From contig CAMCMF010000002.1 of the NCBI GenBank assembly GCA_945875865.1, forward strand, positions 179 to 64,178: 64,000 bases of DNA. Reading direction: 5' to 3'. Below the pieces are notes generated by a model. It made no database searches, was not told the origin of the DNA, and saw nothing but the letters and a program-made list of their open reading frames with translations. Below, piece after piece: positions 53,559 to 62,194 of this stretch. The position numbers and the translations under genes were made by a program. This DNA is from Rhizobium sp. Q54. GTDB taxonomy: Bacteria; Pseudomonadota; Alphaproteobacteria; Rickettsiales; UBA1997. How positions within the stretch are numbered: the stretch's first letter is position 1; every line of letters begins with the position of its first letter.

Positions 53559-54527
53559 ATGCCAAATAAAAAACGACTTCTCTCAATTGCAATGAACACT
53601 TATTACGCTGAGAGATTTATAATTTCTTCCTTGGAAAGAGTTAGAAAAATTGCTGAGGAGATAAGACGCAATTTCAATATCGATGTCGAGATTATTATAG
53701 TCGATGACGGCTCTAAAGATGAAACCGTAAATATTTTAAATGCCGAATTTAATAAAAACCAAGATTTTAAGTTTCTGACTTTAACCAGAAATTTTGGCTC
53801 CGTTAACTCTCACCGAGCTGGCGTTGCAGCCTGCAATGGCGATGCTGTTGTTTTTCTTGCATCCGATATGCAAGACCCGCCAGAAGTCATACCAACATTA
53901 GTTAGGGAATGGATCGACAATGGTCATAAATTTATTTACTGCCCTCGCCAATCCAGAAAAGATCCACTGATTTCAAAAATTTTTTCTCAGGCCTATTATT
54001 TTATTTTGAACAAAATTTCCCAAATCAAAGATTTTCCACGCAGTAGTTTTGATATTTGTTTGATGGATCGACAAGTCGTTAACGCATTTCTTGCCTGCAA
54101 AGAAAAAAACTACAATCCACCGCAATTAATTTGGTGGCTCGGCTTTAGATCACTAAGCATTCCAATTGTCAGAGAAAAAAGAGAGTTTGGAAAATCGGGT
54201 TGGACATTTAGCAAAAAACTGACTCTTGCAATCGACGGCATTATTAGCACCTCGCATGTTCCAATCAGATTCATTTCATCCTTTGGAATCATCGTCGCTT
54301 TCTTAAGTATCGGCTATGGATCATATATTTTTTATCAGGCGCTTTTTGGCTCTGTTGTGGTCGCCGGCTGGTCATCTCTTATGTGCATAGTTTCTTTTCT
54401 GCTTGGTATAGTAATGGTCATGCTTGGCATAATCGGAGAATATTTATACCGCGTTTTAGAAGAAACGAGAGGTCGTCCGGCCTACATTATCGACAATGTT
54501 CTCACGCCAAATAACCAACTTAAATAA
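53559..54527 (+). CDS. GT2 polyprenyl-phosphate glycosyltransferase (GtrB/ArnC/DPM1-like)
   Basis: 322 aa. IIIVDDGSKDET, ASDMQDPPE, and two C-terminal TM helices followed by GEYLYRV. Confidence 0.82.
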   Translation: MPNKKRLLSIAMNTYYAERFIISSLERVRKIAEEIRRNFNIDVEIIIVDDGSKDETVNILNAEFNKNQDFKFLTLTRNFGSVNSHRAGVAACNGDAVVFLASDMQDPPEVIPTLVREWIDNGHKFIYCPRQSRKDPLISKIFSQAYYFILNKISQIKDFPRSSFDICLMDRQVVNAFLACKEKNYNPPQLIWWLGFRSLSIPIVREKREFGKSGWTFSKKLTLAIDGIISTSHVPIRFISSFGIIVAFLSIGYGSYIFYQALFGSVVVAGWSSLMCIVSFLLGIVMVMLGIIGEYLYRVLEETRGRPAYIIDNVLTPNNQLK

Positions 54528-55837
54528 TGTCAAAAAAAGAAAAAATAAAGCTGATTGCCTTTATATTGCTGTGCGGATTTTGCTTGGCGATGTATCTCTC
54601 TTTCATTCTTTATGATTTATATTTTGACAAATTTTATTGGTCGAAGGTCAGCATTTTTTTCGATCCACATGACAAGTTTAACGATTTTAAACATGCACTT
54701 CTAAACCAGAATATTATAGATTTTGAACCATATGAACTCAGCGGTAGAACCATAATTAACGGCTATTTTCCTTTCACTTATATTTTCTTCCGCCCCATAA
54801 TTTTCCTCAGCGAAAATCAGGGATTTGCATTATTTTTTACCACTTTCACTTTTGGCTTGCTTTACGCCAATTACAGATTTTTACGCTATGAAGGCGCTTC
54901 AAAAGTTGATAATCTGCAAAATATTTTCATCTTTTCTTTCCTGACCTATCCATTTTTATTTACCATCGATCGCGCCAATATCGAAGGCTGGATATTATTG
55001 ATGTATATCGGTTTTTTAATCGCCTACCAAAAAGAAAAATATAATTTAGCCGCAATAATTATTGGCACCGCCGCCGCAATTAAATTCTATCCTGGAATGT
55101 TGGCCTTCTTCTTTTTGAAGGATAAAAAATATCGCCAATTTTCTCTCTTCGTTGGATTCACCTCAATAGTCACAATAGTAAGCCTGATAGCCTTCAAAGG
55201 AAGCTTGATCGAAAATATTCAGAATTTATTTTTCAGCCTGCACACCAGCGAATTAGCTTTTGGTATTGGCTTTAAAGAAGTGTCAACTTCCTGGGCAGAT
55301 TTAATTCGAATATCAGGTGAACAACAAAGCAATCCTGTAGATATGTATGGCGCAACCGCTTATATGTCGGGCGTTAAAAACTCGTCCTCTCTTTTAGGTT
55401 TTGTAAAATTAATAATGATTGCGCTGCATTTGGAAAACACGATTTCAACCAATGTCGTTATGCATTGGTATAAAATTTCAAGCTTGGTAATTGGATCTGT
55501 TCTCTTCGTATATTTGCTAAAATTTGAAAATGAGAAATGGAAGATCTCAATGTTTTTGGCGTCTTATTTTGTATTATTCATCTATAGCAGCTTCGACTAC
55601 AAATTACTGATATTTTTCATACCTCTTTGGCTCTTCATCAATAGCAATGAAAAATCAAAATATGACTTCGTCTATTGCATTTTGCTGGCTTTGATAATGG
55701 TTCCGAAACATTTTTTAATCAGCATTAACAACAATATATCTGACAGCGGCGCCCTTTTAAATCCGGCGCTAATGCTACTAATTTGCGCAATGATGGTTGT
55801 AGAAAATCACAAACTAAAACAACGCAGCTTCACTTAA
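54527..55837 (+). CDS. Polytopic membrane protein, GT-C-like (DUF2029/GT87-type) candidate periplasmic glycosyltransferase
   Basis: 436 aa, more than 10 TM. The loop DRANIEGW and GTAAAIKFYPGML resemble GT-C family blocks. Its start overlaps the GtrB-like stop. Confidence 0.5.
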   Translation: MSKKEKIKLIAFILLCGFCLAMYLSFILYDLYFDKFYWSKVSIFFDPHDKFNDFKHALLNQNIIDFEPYELSGRTIINGYFPFTYIFFRPIIFLSENQGFALFFTTFTFGLLYANYRFLRYEGASKVDNLQNIFIFSFLTYPFLFTIDRANIEGWILLMYIGFLIAYQKEKYNLAAIIIGTAAAIKFYPGMLAFFFLKDKKYRQFSLFVGFTSIVTIVSLIAFKGSLIENIQNLFFSLHTSELAFGIGFKEVSTSWADLIRISGEQQSNPVDMYGATAYMSGVKNSSSLLGFVKLIMIALHLENTISTNVVMHWYKISSLVIGSVLFVYLLKFENEKWKISMFLASYFVLFIYSSFDYKLLIFFIPLWLFINSNEKSKYDFVYCILLALIMVPKHFLISINNNISDSGALLNPALMLLICAMMVVENHKLKQRSFT

Positions 55838-56607
55838 ATCGAACCGGAAATTTGGTGAAAAGCATTACGATTTTTAATGATGAGCTTTTTAGCGCGCCAG
55901 AAAATTTTGAAAGTTTCCGCTAGATTTTTGGCATATTTGAATTGCACCGCAACTATCTCCAAATTCTCTTTTAATTCCCTTGACCAAGAAGCGGAATTAT
56001 CATTATCTGAATTAAAAACTGCTGGAATATTTACTGGGTAAAAAATGCAATTTCCTTTGGCAACGATCGCCAAATTTAGCTCATATGACGGGCAATAGCG
56101 GTTTTTTTCGTTAAACTTAAATTCATCAAAAATTTTACGTTTGTAATAAAAAGACTCTCCGCAGCCAATCGGCGCATATTCGATCAAACTCTCATTCGTA
56201 ACTTTTTTTAAAGCGCTCGGTAAAAAATTAGCCGAATTTCCTACGCGATAACTGTTAAAATAAATTACATCAAATTGCGGATTTTGCTCTGCATAATAAT
56301 TCATTTCTTCGAAGAAATTTTTATGCAAAAAATCATTAGCTCCTAAAAAACCGATCACATCACCAGTTGTATGCTTCAAGGCCAAATTTCTGGCATGAGA
56401 AATACCGTAATCTTTTTCTCTAACCCAAAAAATAAATTGCGGGAATTTTTCTTGATAAGCGGCGATAATTTCGTGAGTTCCGTCAGTTGAAATATCATCG
56501 ATGATTACCAATTCCTTATTTTCGTAATTTTGCTCTAAAAATGAATCTATGGCTTTAGGCAAGAACTTAGCCGCGTTGAAGGAAGTGATGATTACTGAAA
56601 TTTTCAT
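55834..56607 (-). CDS. Family 2 glycosyltransferase
   Basis: MKISVIITSFNAAKFLPKAIDSFLEQ...VIIDDISTDGT. A canonical GT2 N-terminus. Confidence 0.88.
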   Translation of the reverse strand: MKISVIITSFNAAKFLPKAIDSFLEQNYENKELVIIDDISTDGTHEIIAAYQEKFPQFIFWVREKDYGISHARNLALKHTTGDVIGFLGANDFLHKNFFEEMNYYAEQNPQFDVIYFNSYRVGNSANFLPSALKKVTNESLIEYAPIGCGESFYYKRKIFDEFKFNEKNRYCPSYELNLAIVAKGNCIFYPVNIPAVFNSDNDNSASWSRELKENLEIVAVQFKYAKNLAETFKIFWRAKKLIIKNRNAFHQISGSI

Positions 56608-56683
56608 GAAAATTTTGCTAGAAAGTTTGGAAGCGAGAATTGATGATCGAATCTTCCCTCAATTTCTTAAAAAATCTATAGTT

Positions 56684-57568
56684 ATGACAGATATAATTCC
56701 TTTTGATCAACGCGACGGCTACATTTGGTATAATGGCGAATTTGTTGAATGGAAAAATGCTAAAGTTCACGTTTTAAATCACGGTTTACACTACGCTTCA
56801 TGCGTTTTTGAAGGCGAAAGAGTTTACAATAAAAAAATTTTTAAATCGAACGAACATTCACAAAGATTACACAAATCTGCGGAAATTATCGGCTTCAAAG
56901 TTCCCTTTTCTGTTGAGCAATTAAATGCCGCAAAAGAAGCCGCTGTCGCAAAACAAAATATCACTGACGGTTATGTACGTGCTTTCGCTTGGCGCGGTTC
57001 TGAAAAAATGGCAATCTCGGCACAACACAATAAAATTCACGTTGCGATCGCTTGCTGGGCTTGGCCTCCTTATTATTCTAAAGAAGCTCGCGAAGCAGGA
57101 TTAAAACTAAAATTCGCCCGCTACAAAAGACCTTCACCTGAAACTGCACCAGTCGCAGCAAAGGCTGCCGGACTTTACATGATCTGCACTATTTCAAAAC
57201 ATGAAGCAGAATCTGCGGGTTATAATGACGCTTTGATGCTTGATTATCGCGGCTATTTAGCGGAAGCAACTGGCGCCAATTTATTTTTAGTAATGAAAAA
57301 TGGCGAGCTTCACACTCCCCTTCCCGACTGTTTTTTGAATGGTATTACGCGCCTAACCGTAATTGACCTCGCTAAAAAACGCGGCATTAAAGTTGTTGAG
57401 CGTCACATCATGCCAGAAGAATTATCTGATGCCATGGATGCTTTTTTAACCGGCAGTGCTGCAGAAATAACGCGCATCGGTTCGATCGAGGATAAATTTA
57501 AATATCCAAAAATTAGTCAGATGACGCTTGATCTGATGCAGGATTATCACAATTTGGTACGCAGCTAA
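56684..57568 (+). CDS. ilvE: Branched-chain amino acid aminotransferase (class IV)
   Basis: From ATG 56684: YIWYNGEFVEWKNAKVHVLNHGLHYASCVFEGERVY, AAKAAGLYM and GSAAEITRIGSI, colinear with IlvE. Confidence 0.92.
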   Translation: MTDIIPFDQRDGYIWYNGEFVEWKNAKVHVLNHGLHYASCVFEGERVYNKKIFKSNEHSQRLHKSAEIIGFKVPFSVEQLNAAKEAAVAKQNITDGYVRAFAWRGSEKMAISAQHNKIHVAIACWAWPPYYSKEAREAGLKLKFARYKRPSPETAPVAAKAAGLYMICTISKHEAESAGYNDALMLDYRGYLAEATGANLFLVMKNGELHTPLPDCFLNGITRLTVIDLAKKRGIKVVERHIMPEELSDAMDAFLTGSAAEITRIGSIEDKFKYPKISQMTLDLMQDYHNLVRS

Positions 57569-58158
57569 TGATCCGCTTCCGTAAAGACTACAGCGCGATT
57601 CAAGGAAAATTTTCTAATTTTTTAGCAATAAGTTTTCTGGGAATATTTTTTACAGTAATTTTTTTAACTGCCAATTCTGCCAATTCGCAAAGTAAAAATT
57701 TATACGTAAAATCACATTTACAATTCGATAAAAAATTCTCCGGCAACACATTTGTAATTGATGGCGATTCGATAAAAGTCGGCGGAAAAGAAGTGCGGCT
57801 TTTCGGAATTGACGCACCGGAATATTCTCAAAGTTGCTTCAATGCTAAAAAAGAAGAATATCAATGCGGTCAAGCCAGTCGCAGCTTCCTGATTGATTTA
57901 GCTGGCGGAAAAAATGTCGAATGTGTTTATGCCGAGAAAGATAAATATGATCGTTTTCTCGGAAAATGTTTTGTTGGCGACGTTTCAATCAACGAAGCTT
58001 TAATAGAAAATGGCATGGCAGTGATTTATAATTTTACCGAATCGGATGAAAAAATGGATGAATTAGAAAAAGTGGCGCAGGATAAAAAATTAGGAATTTG
58101 GCAAGGTGCTTTTCAACTTCCGAAAGATTATCGCAAAGCACATCCGAGGGTTAACTAA
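57568..58158 (+). CDS. Secreted/membrane-anchored thermonuclease (SNase) family protein
   Basis: N-terminal TM/signal, then VIDGDSIKV, the canonical VRLFGIDAPE, and DKYDRFLGKCF. Confidence 0.85.
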   Translation: MIRFRKDYSAIQGKFSNFLAISFLGIFFTVIFLTANSANSQSKNLYVKSHLQFDKKFSGNTFVIDGDSIKVGGKEVRLFGIDAPEYSQSCFNAKKEEYQCGQASRSFLIDLAGGKNVECVYAEKDKYDRFLGKCFVGDVSINEALIENGMAVIYNFTESDEKMDELEKVAQDKKLGIWQGAFQLPKDYRKAHPRVN

Positions 58159-58273
58159 ACCTCCTTTGAAAAAGGAGGTGGCTGAGCCCTCTTCGGGCGA
58201 AGTCGGAGGATTTATCAAAATAAATCACCCGTCTTTCGCTTCGCTCAAGCCACCCTCTTTTTCAAAGAGGGTT
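58158..58273. repeat. Family A modular palindromic repeat, copy A3 (module order L-R)
   Basis: cctcctttgaaaaaggaggtggctgagcc...gaagtcggaggattta + aaatcacccgtc...gccaccctctttttcaaagaggg. Fills the SNase-argC gap. Confidence 0.88.
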
Positions 58274-58286
58274 AAAAAAGGAAAAA

Positions 58287-59336
58287 ATGAAAAAACTACA
58301 AATCGCAATCATCGGCGCATCGGGATATACCGGGGCAGAACTCATCAGAATTTTGCTCAATCACAAAAAAGTTGAGATGGTTGCTTTAATTGCCAATAGC
58401 AATGCCGGACAAAAAATTGAGCAGCTTTATCCTCATCTCATTCACTACAATTTACCTGATTTAAAAAAACTTGATGAGATTGATTTTTCTAAAATTGATG
58501 TCGCTTTCGGTTGCTTGCCTCACAGCACTTCCCAAGAAGTTTTCAAAAAACTTTTAGCCGATCCAAAAAATTCTCATCTAAAAATTATCGATCTTTCTGC
58601 CGATTTCAGATTAGAAAATCCTGACGATTATCAGAAATGGTATGAGCAGGAACATCTGGCGAAAGACCTACAGCCGCAAGCAGTTTACGCGCTACCAGAA
58701 ATCCACAGAAACAAAATTAAAAAATCGAATTTAATCGCTTGCCCAGGTTGTTATCCGACTTCTGCGCTCCTGCCTTTGATTCCACTTTTAGAAAATAATT
58801 TGATCGAAAAACACGACATTATTATTGATTCAAAATCTGGAACAAGTGGCGCCGGCAGATCGCTAAAACAAGGTAATTTATTTTGCGAAGTTAATGAATC
58901 GGTTAAAGCTTACTCAATTGGAAAACACCGACATATCGGCGAGATTGAGCAAGAACTTAGCAAAGCTGCTGGTGAAAAAATTGAGATCGATTTCACGCCA
59001 CATCTTTTGCCAATTAATCGCGGAATTATTTCCACAATTTACGCCAAAATTAATCCGAAATTTTCGCTATCTGATATTCAAAATTGTTTGGAAACAAAAT
59101 ATTCTGACGAACCTTTCGTTCACATAATTTCCGGCGAACCGAATATTAAAGATGTCGTCGGCACCAACTTCTGCCTGATCGCCGCCAAAGCTGCTCATAC
59201 AAAAGGCAAGGTGATTATTGTTTCCGTAATCGATAATCTCTGCAAAGGCGCATCGGGACAAGCAGTGCAAAATATGAATATTCTTTTCGGTTTTGATGAG
59301 AAGGAAGGATTGGAATTAGCACCACTTTTTCCCTAA
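58287..59336 (+). CDS. argC: N-acetyl-gamma-glutamyl-phosphate reductase
   Basis: 349 aa. IAIIGASGYTGAEL, the active-site CPGCYPTS, and DNLCKGASGQAVQNMN. Confidence 0.95.
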   Translation: MKKLQIAIIGASGYTGAELIRILLNHKKVEMVALIANSNAGQKIEQLYPHLIHYNLPDLKKLDEIDFSKIDVAFGCLPHSTSQEVFKKLLADPKNSHLKIIDLSADFRLENPDDYQKWYEQEHLAKDLQPQAVYALPEIHRNKIKKSNLIACPGCYPTSALLPLIPLLENNLIEKHDIIIDSKSGTSGAGRSLKQGNLFCEVNESVKAYSIGKHRHIGEIEQELSKAAGEKIEIDFTPHLLPINRGIISTIYAKINPKFSLSDIQNCLETKYSDEPFVHIISGEPNIKDVVGTNFCLIAAKAAHTKGKVIIVSVIDNLCKGASGQAVQNMNILFGFDEKEGLELAPLFP

Positions 59337-59337
59337 G

Positions 59338-60636
59338 ATGCCAACTATTTTTGCACCAATAACATCACCACATCGCGCCGGAATTTCGGTGATTCGGATT
59401 TCTGGACCGCAAACTCTTGCATGCCTTGCAGCCCTTGGTTTTAAAGGAGCGCCACAACATCAAAAAATTACCTTTCAAAAAATTCGCGATCCAAAAAATT
59501 CTGAAATAATCGACGAAGTTTTAATTTCTTTTTTTCAAGCGCCTCAAAGTTTCACCGGCGAAGATGTTGCTGAAATTTCAATCCACGCCTCGCCTTTTAT
59601 TCTCAAAAAAACTTTAGAAATTTTATCCAAAGAAAAAAATTGTCGTATCGCTGAAGCTGGAGAATTTTCCAAGCGCGCTTTTTTAAATGGTAAACTTGAT
59701 CTCGTTCAAGCTGAGGCGATTCCCGATTTAATTGCCGCTGAAACCGCAGCACAACATCGTCAAGCATTGCAACAACTTGAAGGAAAGTTGGGAGAAATTT
59801 ATGAAGATTGGCGTTTACGCTTGATTGAAATTTATGCACTAATTCAAGCGGCGATCGATTTTCCCGACGAAGATTTACCAAAAAATATTATTGATCGCGT
59901 GGAGTTAGATGTAAAAAATTTATGCCAAGAAATTAAAAAACATCTCGATGACAAAAAGATCGGACAAAGAATTAAAGATGGTTTAAGCCTTGCTATTATT
60001 GGCGCACCAAATGTTGGAAAATCTAGTTTGTTAAATTTTTTAGCTAAAAGCGAAGTGGCGATTGTTTCAGAAATTGCCGGAACTACCCGCGATATAATCG
60101 AGACTCATCTTTCAATTGCTGGAGTTGCAGTAAAAATTTCCGACACTGCTGGGATTCACGAAACCACCAATAAAATCGAAGCAGAAGGAATTCGTCGCGC
60201 CTTACAAAAAGCCGCTTCTTGCGATATTAAAATTTTTATGATCGATGCAGCAAATCCAATTTTGCACGAAGATTTGATTGATGAAAATACGATTTTGGTA
60301 ATGAATAAAAGTGATTTAGCTAAAAATCACGATTCTCGCTTCACAGCAATTTCCCTAACAGAAAATAGTAACACTTCCGAACTTCTAAAAAAACTTGAAG
60401 AAAAAATTCTTGAACTAGTTCCGCAACAATCTTCACCTCTAATAACTCAAGAACGTTATCGTAGCGCTTTAGAAAATTGCGTTGAAAATTTAGAAAATTT
60501 TTCTCTCAAAAAAAATATTGAATTAGCTGCAGAAGATTTACGCTTAACCGCCAATGAAATTGGCAAAATTATTGGCAAAATTGATGTCGAAAATTTACTC
60601 GATGTAATTTTTTCTCGCTTCTGCATTGGAAAATAA
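59338..60636 (+). CDS. mnmE: tRNA modification GTPase MnmE
   Basis: 432 aa. IFAPITSP..., G1 GAPNVGKSS, G3 DTAG, NKSD and the C-terminal FCIGK. Confidence 0.95.
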   Translation: MPTIFAPITSPHRAGISVIRISGPQTLACLAALGFKGAPQHQKITFQKIRDPKNSEIIDEVLISFFQAPQSFTGEDVAEISIHASPFILKKTLEILSKEKNCRIAEAGEFSKRAFLNGKLDLVQAEAIPDLIAAETAAQHRQALQQLEGKLGEIYEDWRLRLIEIYALIQAAIDFPDEDLPKNIIDRVELDVKNLCQEIKKHLDDKKIGQRIKDGLSLAIIGAPNVGKSSLLNFLAKSEVAIVSEIAGTTRDIIETHLSIAGVAVKISDTAGIHETTNKIEAEGIRRALQKAASCDIKIFMIDAANPILHEDLIDENTILVMNKSDLAKNHDSRFTAISLTENSNTSELLKKLEEKILELVPQQSSPLITQERYRSALENCVENLENFSLKKNIELAAEDLRLTANEIGKIIGKIDVENLLDVIFSRFCIGK

Positions 60637-60711
60637 TTGGAAATTAAATGGGCGACGTCCTAGAAACCTTTCAGAATAAAATCCTAATTTCAAATTGTGA
60701 CTTTCATATCA

Positions 60712-61173
60712 ATGCCGCACGTAGGCACTCTGACATTCGACGTTTCAAGCCTACTTCACACTCACTCCGGATTGATTAATCAAATCGCCGGAGATGCTTT
60801 GTCGCACGCTTTGTTCAGCTATATGCGTCGCTCCGGTCGTCGTAGTTTGAGTCGCAGAGAGATGCGCAAGTCTTCGAATAGAAAACGCCGCTGGTTTGTT
60901 GATAATATTATCATGCATCACAAAAGACTTCATGATCGCAATCGCGCTATCGTGGTTAGTAATGCCAGAACTAGAGCTTTAGCTAAAAGAGAAGCTTCAA
61001 AAAATAATCAAACTCCATCTTTACAACAATCTACAACTCAACAAAGAGATAGACAAAAAACTCAGTGGAAAAATGGCTCTAGCCTCAAAGAAAGAGGCAT
61101 TTCACTACGCGGCAGAGTTGACGCCAGAAGAGCCAGAGCAAGAAGCCGCTGGCTGAGTGTGATGGCTGCCTGA
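60712..61173 (+). CDS. Hypothetical Arg/Lys-rich basic protein
   Basis: 153 aa from ATG 60712 (the track uses GTG 60697). No family recognised. Locally higher GC than the neighbours. Followed by palindrome E5. Confidence 0.35.
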   Translation: MPHVGTLTFDVSSLLHTHSGLINQIAGDALSHALFSYMRRSGRRSLSRREMRKSSNRKRRWFVDNIIMHHKRLHDRNRAIVVSNARTRALAKREASKNNQTPSLQQSTTQQRDRQKTQWKNGSSLKERGISLRGRVDARRARARSRWLSVMAA

Positions 61174-61181
61174 TAAATTAA

Positions 61182-61194
61182 GGGGTCTGACCTC
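61182..61194. repeat. Family E palindrome, copy E5 (GGGGTCTGACCTC), terminator-like
   Basis: ttaaggggtctgacctctttt lies between the convergent hypothetical gene and rlmH. Confidence 0.65.
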
Positions 61195-61196
61195 TT

Positions 61197-61661
61197 TTAA
61201 TCGCGGTGGTAGGGATGGCCTTCGATAATGGTTTGAGCGCGATAAAGTTGTTCGACGAGAATTGAGCGCGCCATTAAATGTGGTAAAGTTGCAAGGCCGA
61301 ATGAAATTTTTAGTGCGGCTTTTTTTAATATCTCTTCACCCAAACCGTCAGAACCACCAATCACAAAAGTTAGATCAGAATCTCCTTGCACAGCAAAGCC
61401 AGAAAGCAGTTTGGCAAAATCACGACTTTTGAATTGCTTACCATTTTCATCGCAAGCGATAATCTTCGAGGATGGTTTTAGCGTTTTTAAAATTAGCGCT
61501 GCCTCGTCTCTTTTTTTTTCGCTCTCAGAAAGATTGTTGGAATTTTTTAATTCGATTTCCTTGAGCTCTACTTTCCACTTCGAGCGTTTTAAATAATTTT
61601 CAAAAACTGCTTTATGTGGAGAGTTTTCGAATTTTCCGATTGATAAAATTACTATCCTCAT
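61197..61661 (-). CDS. rlmH: 23S rRNA (pseudouridine1915-N3)-methyltransferase
   Basis: 154 aa, SPOUT fold. LTFVIGGSDGL and the C-terminal LVEQLYRAQTIIEGHPYHR. Confidence 0.93.
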   Translation of the reverse strand: MRIVILSIGKFENSPHKAVFENYLKRSKWKVELKEIELKNSNNLSESEKKRDEAALILKTLKPSSKIIACDENGKQFKSRDFAKLLSGFAVQGDSDLTFVIGGSDGLGEEILKKAALKISFGLATLPHLMARSILVEQLYRAQTIIEGHPYHRD

Positions 61662-61698
61662 GAATTTAAAATTTAGTTAATAAAAAACTCCAGCTCAC

Positions 61699-62193
61699 AT
61701 GAAAACTGCAATCTATCCCGGCACTTTTGATCCGATTACTTTTGGTCATATCGATATTATCAGACGGGCTTCCGAAATTTTTGATCACATAATCGTAGCG
61801 CCAGCTCGAGATAATTACAAAAATCCACTTTTTACATTGGAAGAAAGAGTCGAACTTATCGAATCAGAAATTAGAGATTTAAATTTACCAATCAAAATTT
61901 CTGTCGAAAAATTTGAAGGATTATTAGTTGATTTCGCCAGCAAAAAAAATGCCAAAACTATTGTTCGTGGCTTGCGCGCCGTTTCAGATTTTGAATATGA
62001 ATTTCAAATGTTCGGCATGAATGCCAAACTTAATCCTGATATTCAAACTATCTTTCTTCCCGCCTCCGAAACCAATCATTTTATTGCCTCAAAATTAGTC
62101 AAAGAAGTGGCGCGACTCGGCGGAAATATTTCGAAATTCGTTTCTAAAAATGTTGCAGAAAAATTAGCAAAAAAACTTTCTGAAAAAAAATAA
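61699..62193 (+). CDS. coaD: Phosphopantetheine adenylyltransferase
   Basis: 164 aa. AIYPGTFDPITFGHIDII, RGLRAVSDFEYE and ISKFVS motifs. Confidence 0.96.
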   Translation: MKTAIYPGTFDPITFGHIDIIRRASEIFDHIIVAPARDNYKNPLFTLEERVELIESEIRDLNLPIKISVEKFEGLLVDFASKKNAKTIVRGLRAVSDFEYEFQMFGMNAKLNPDIQTIFLPASETNHFIASKLVKEVARLGGNISKFVSKNVAEKLAKKLSEKK

Positions 62194-62194
62194 C

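Noticed and set aside
58106-58375. Track ORF of 89 aa spanning the SNase-argC gap.
   Set aside because: It runs through repeat A3 and overlaps the ends of two well-supported genes in other frames.
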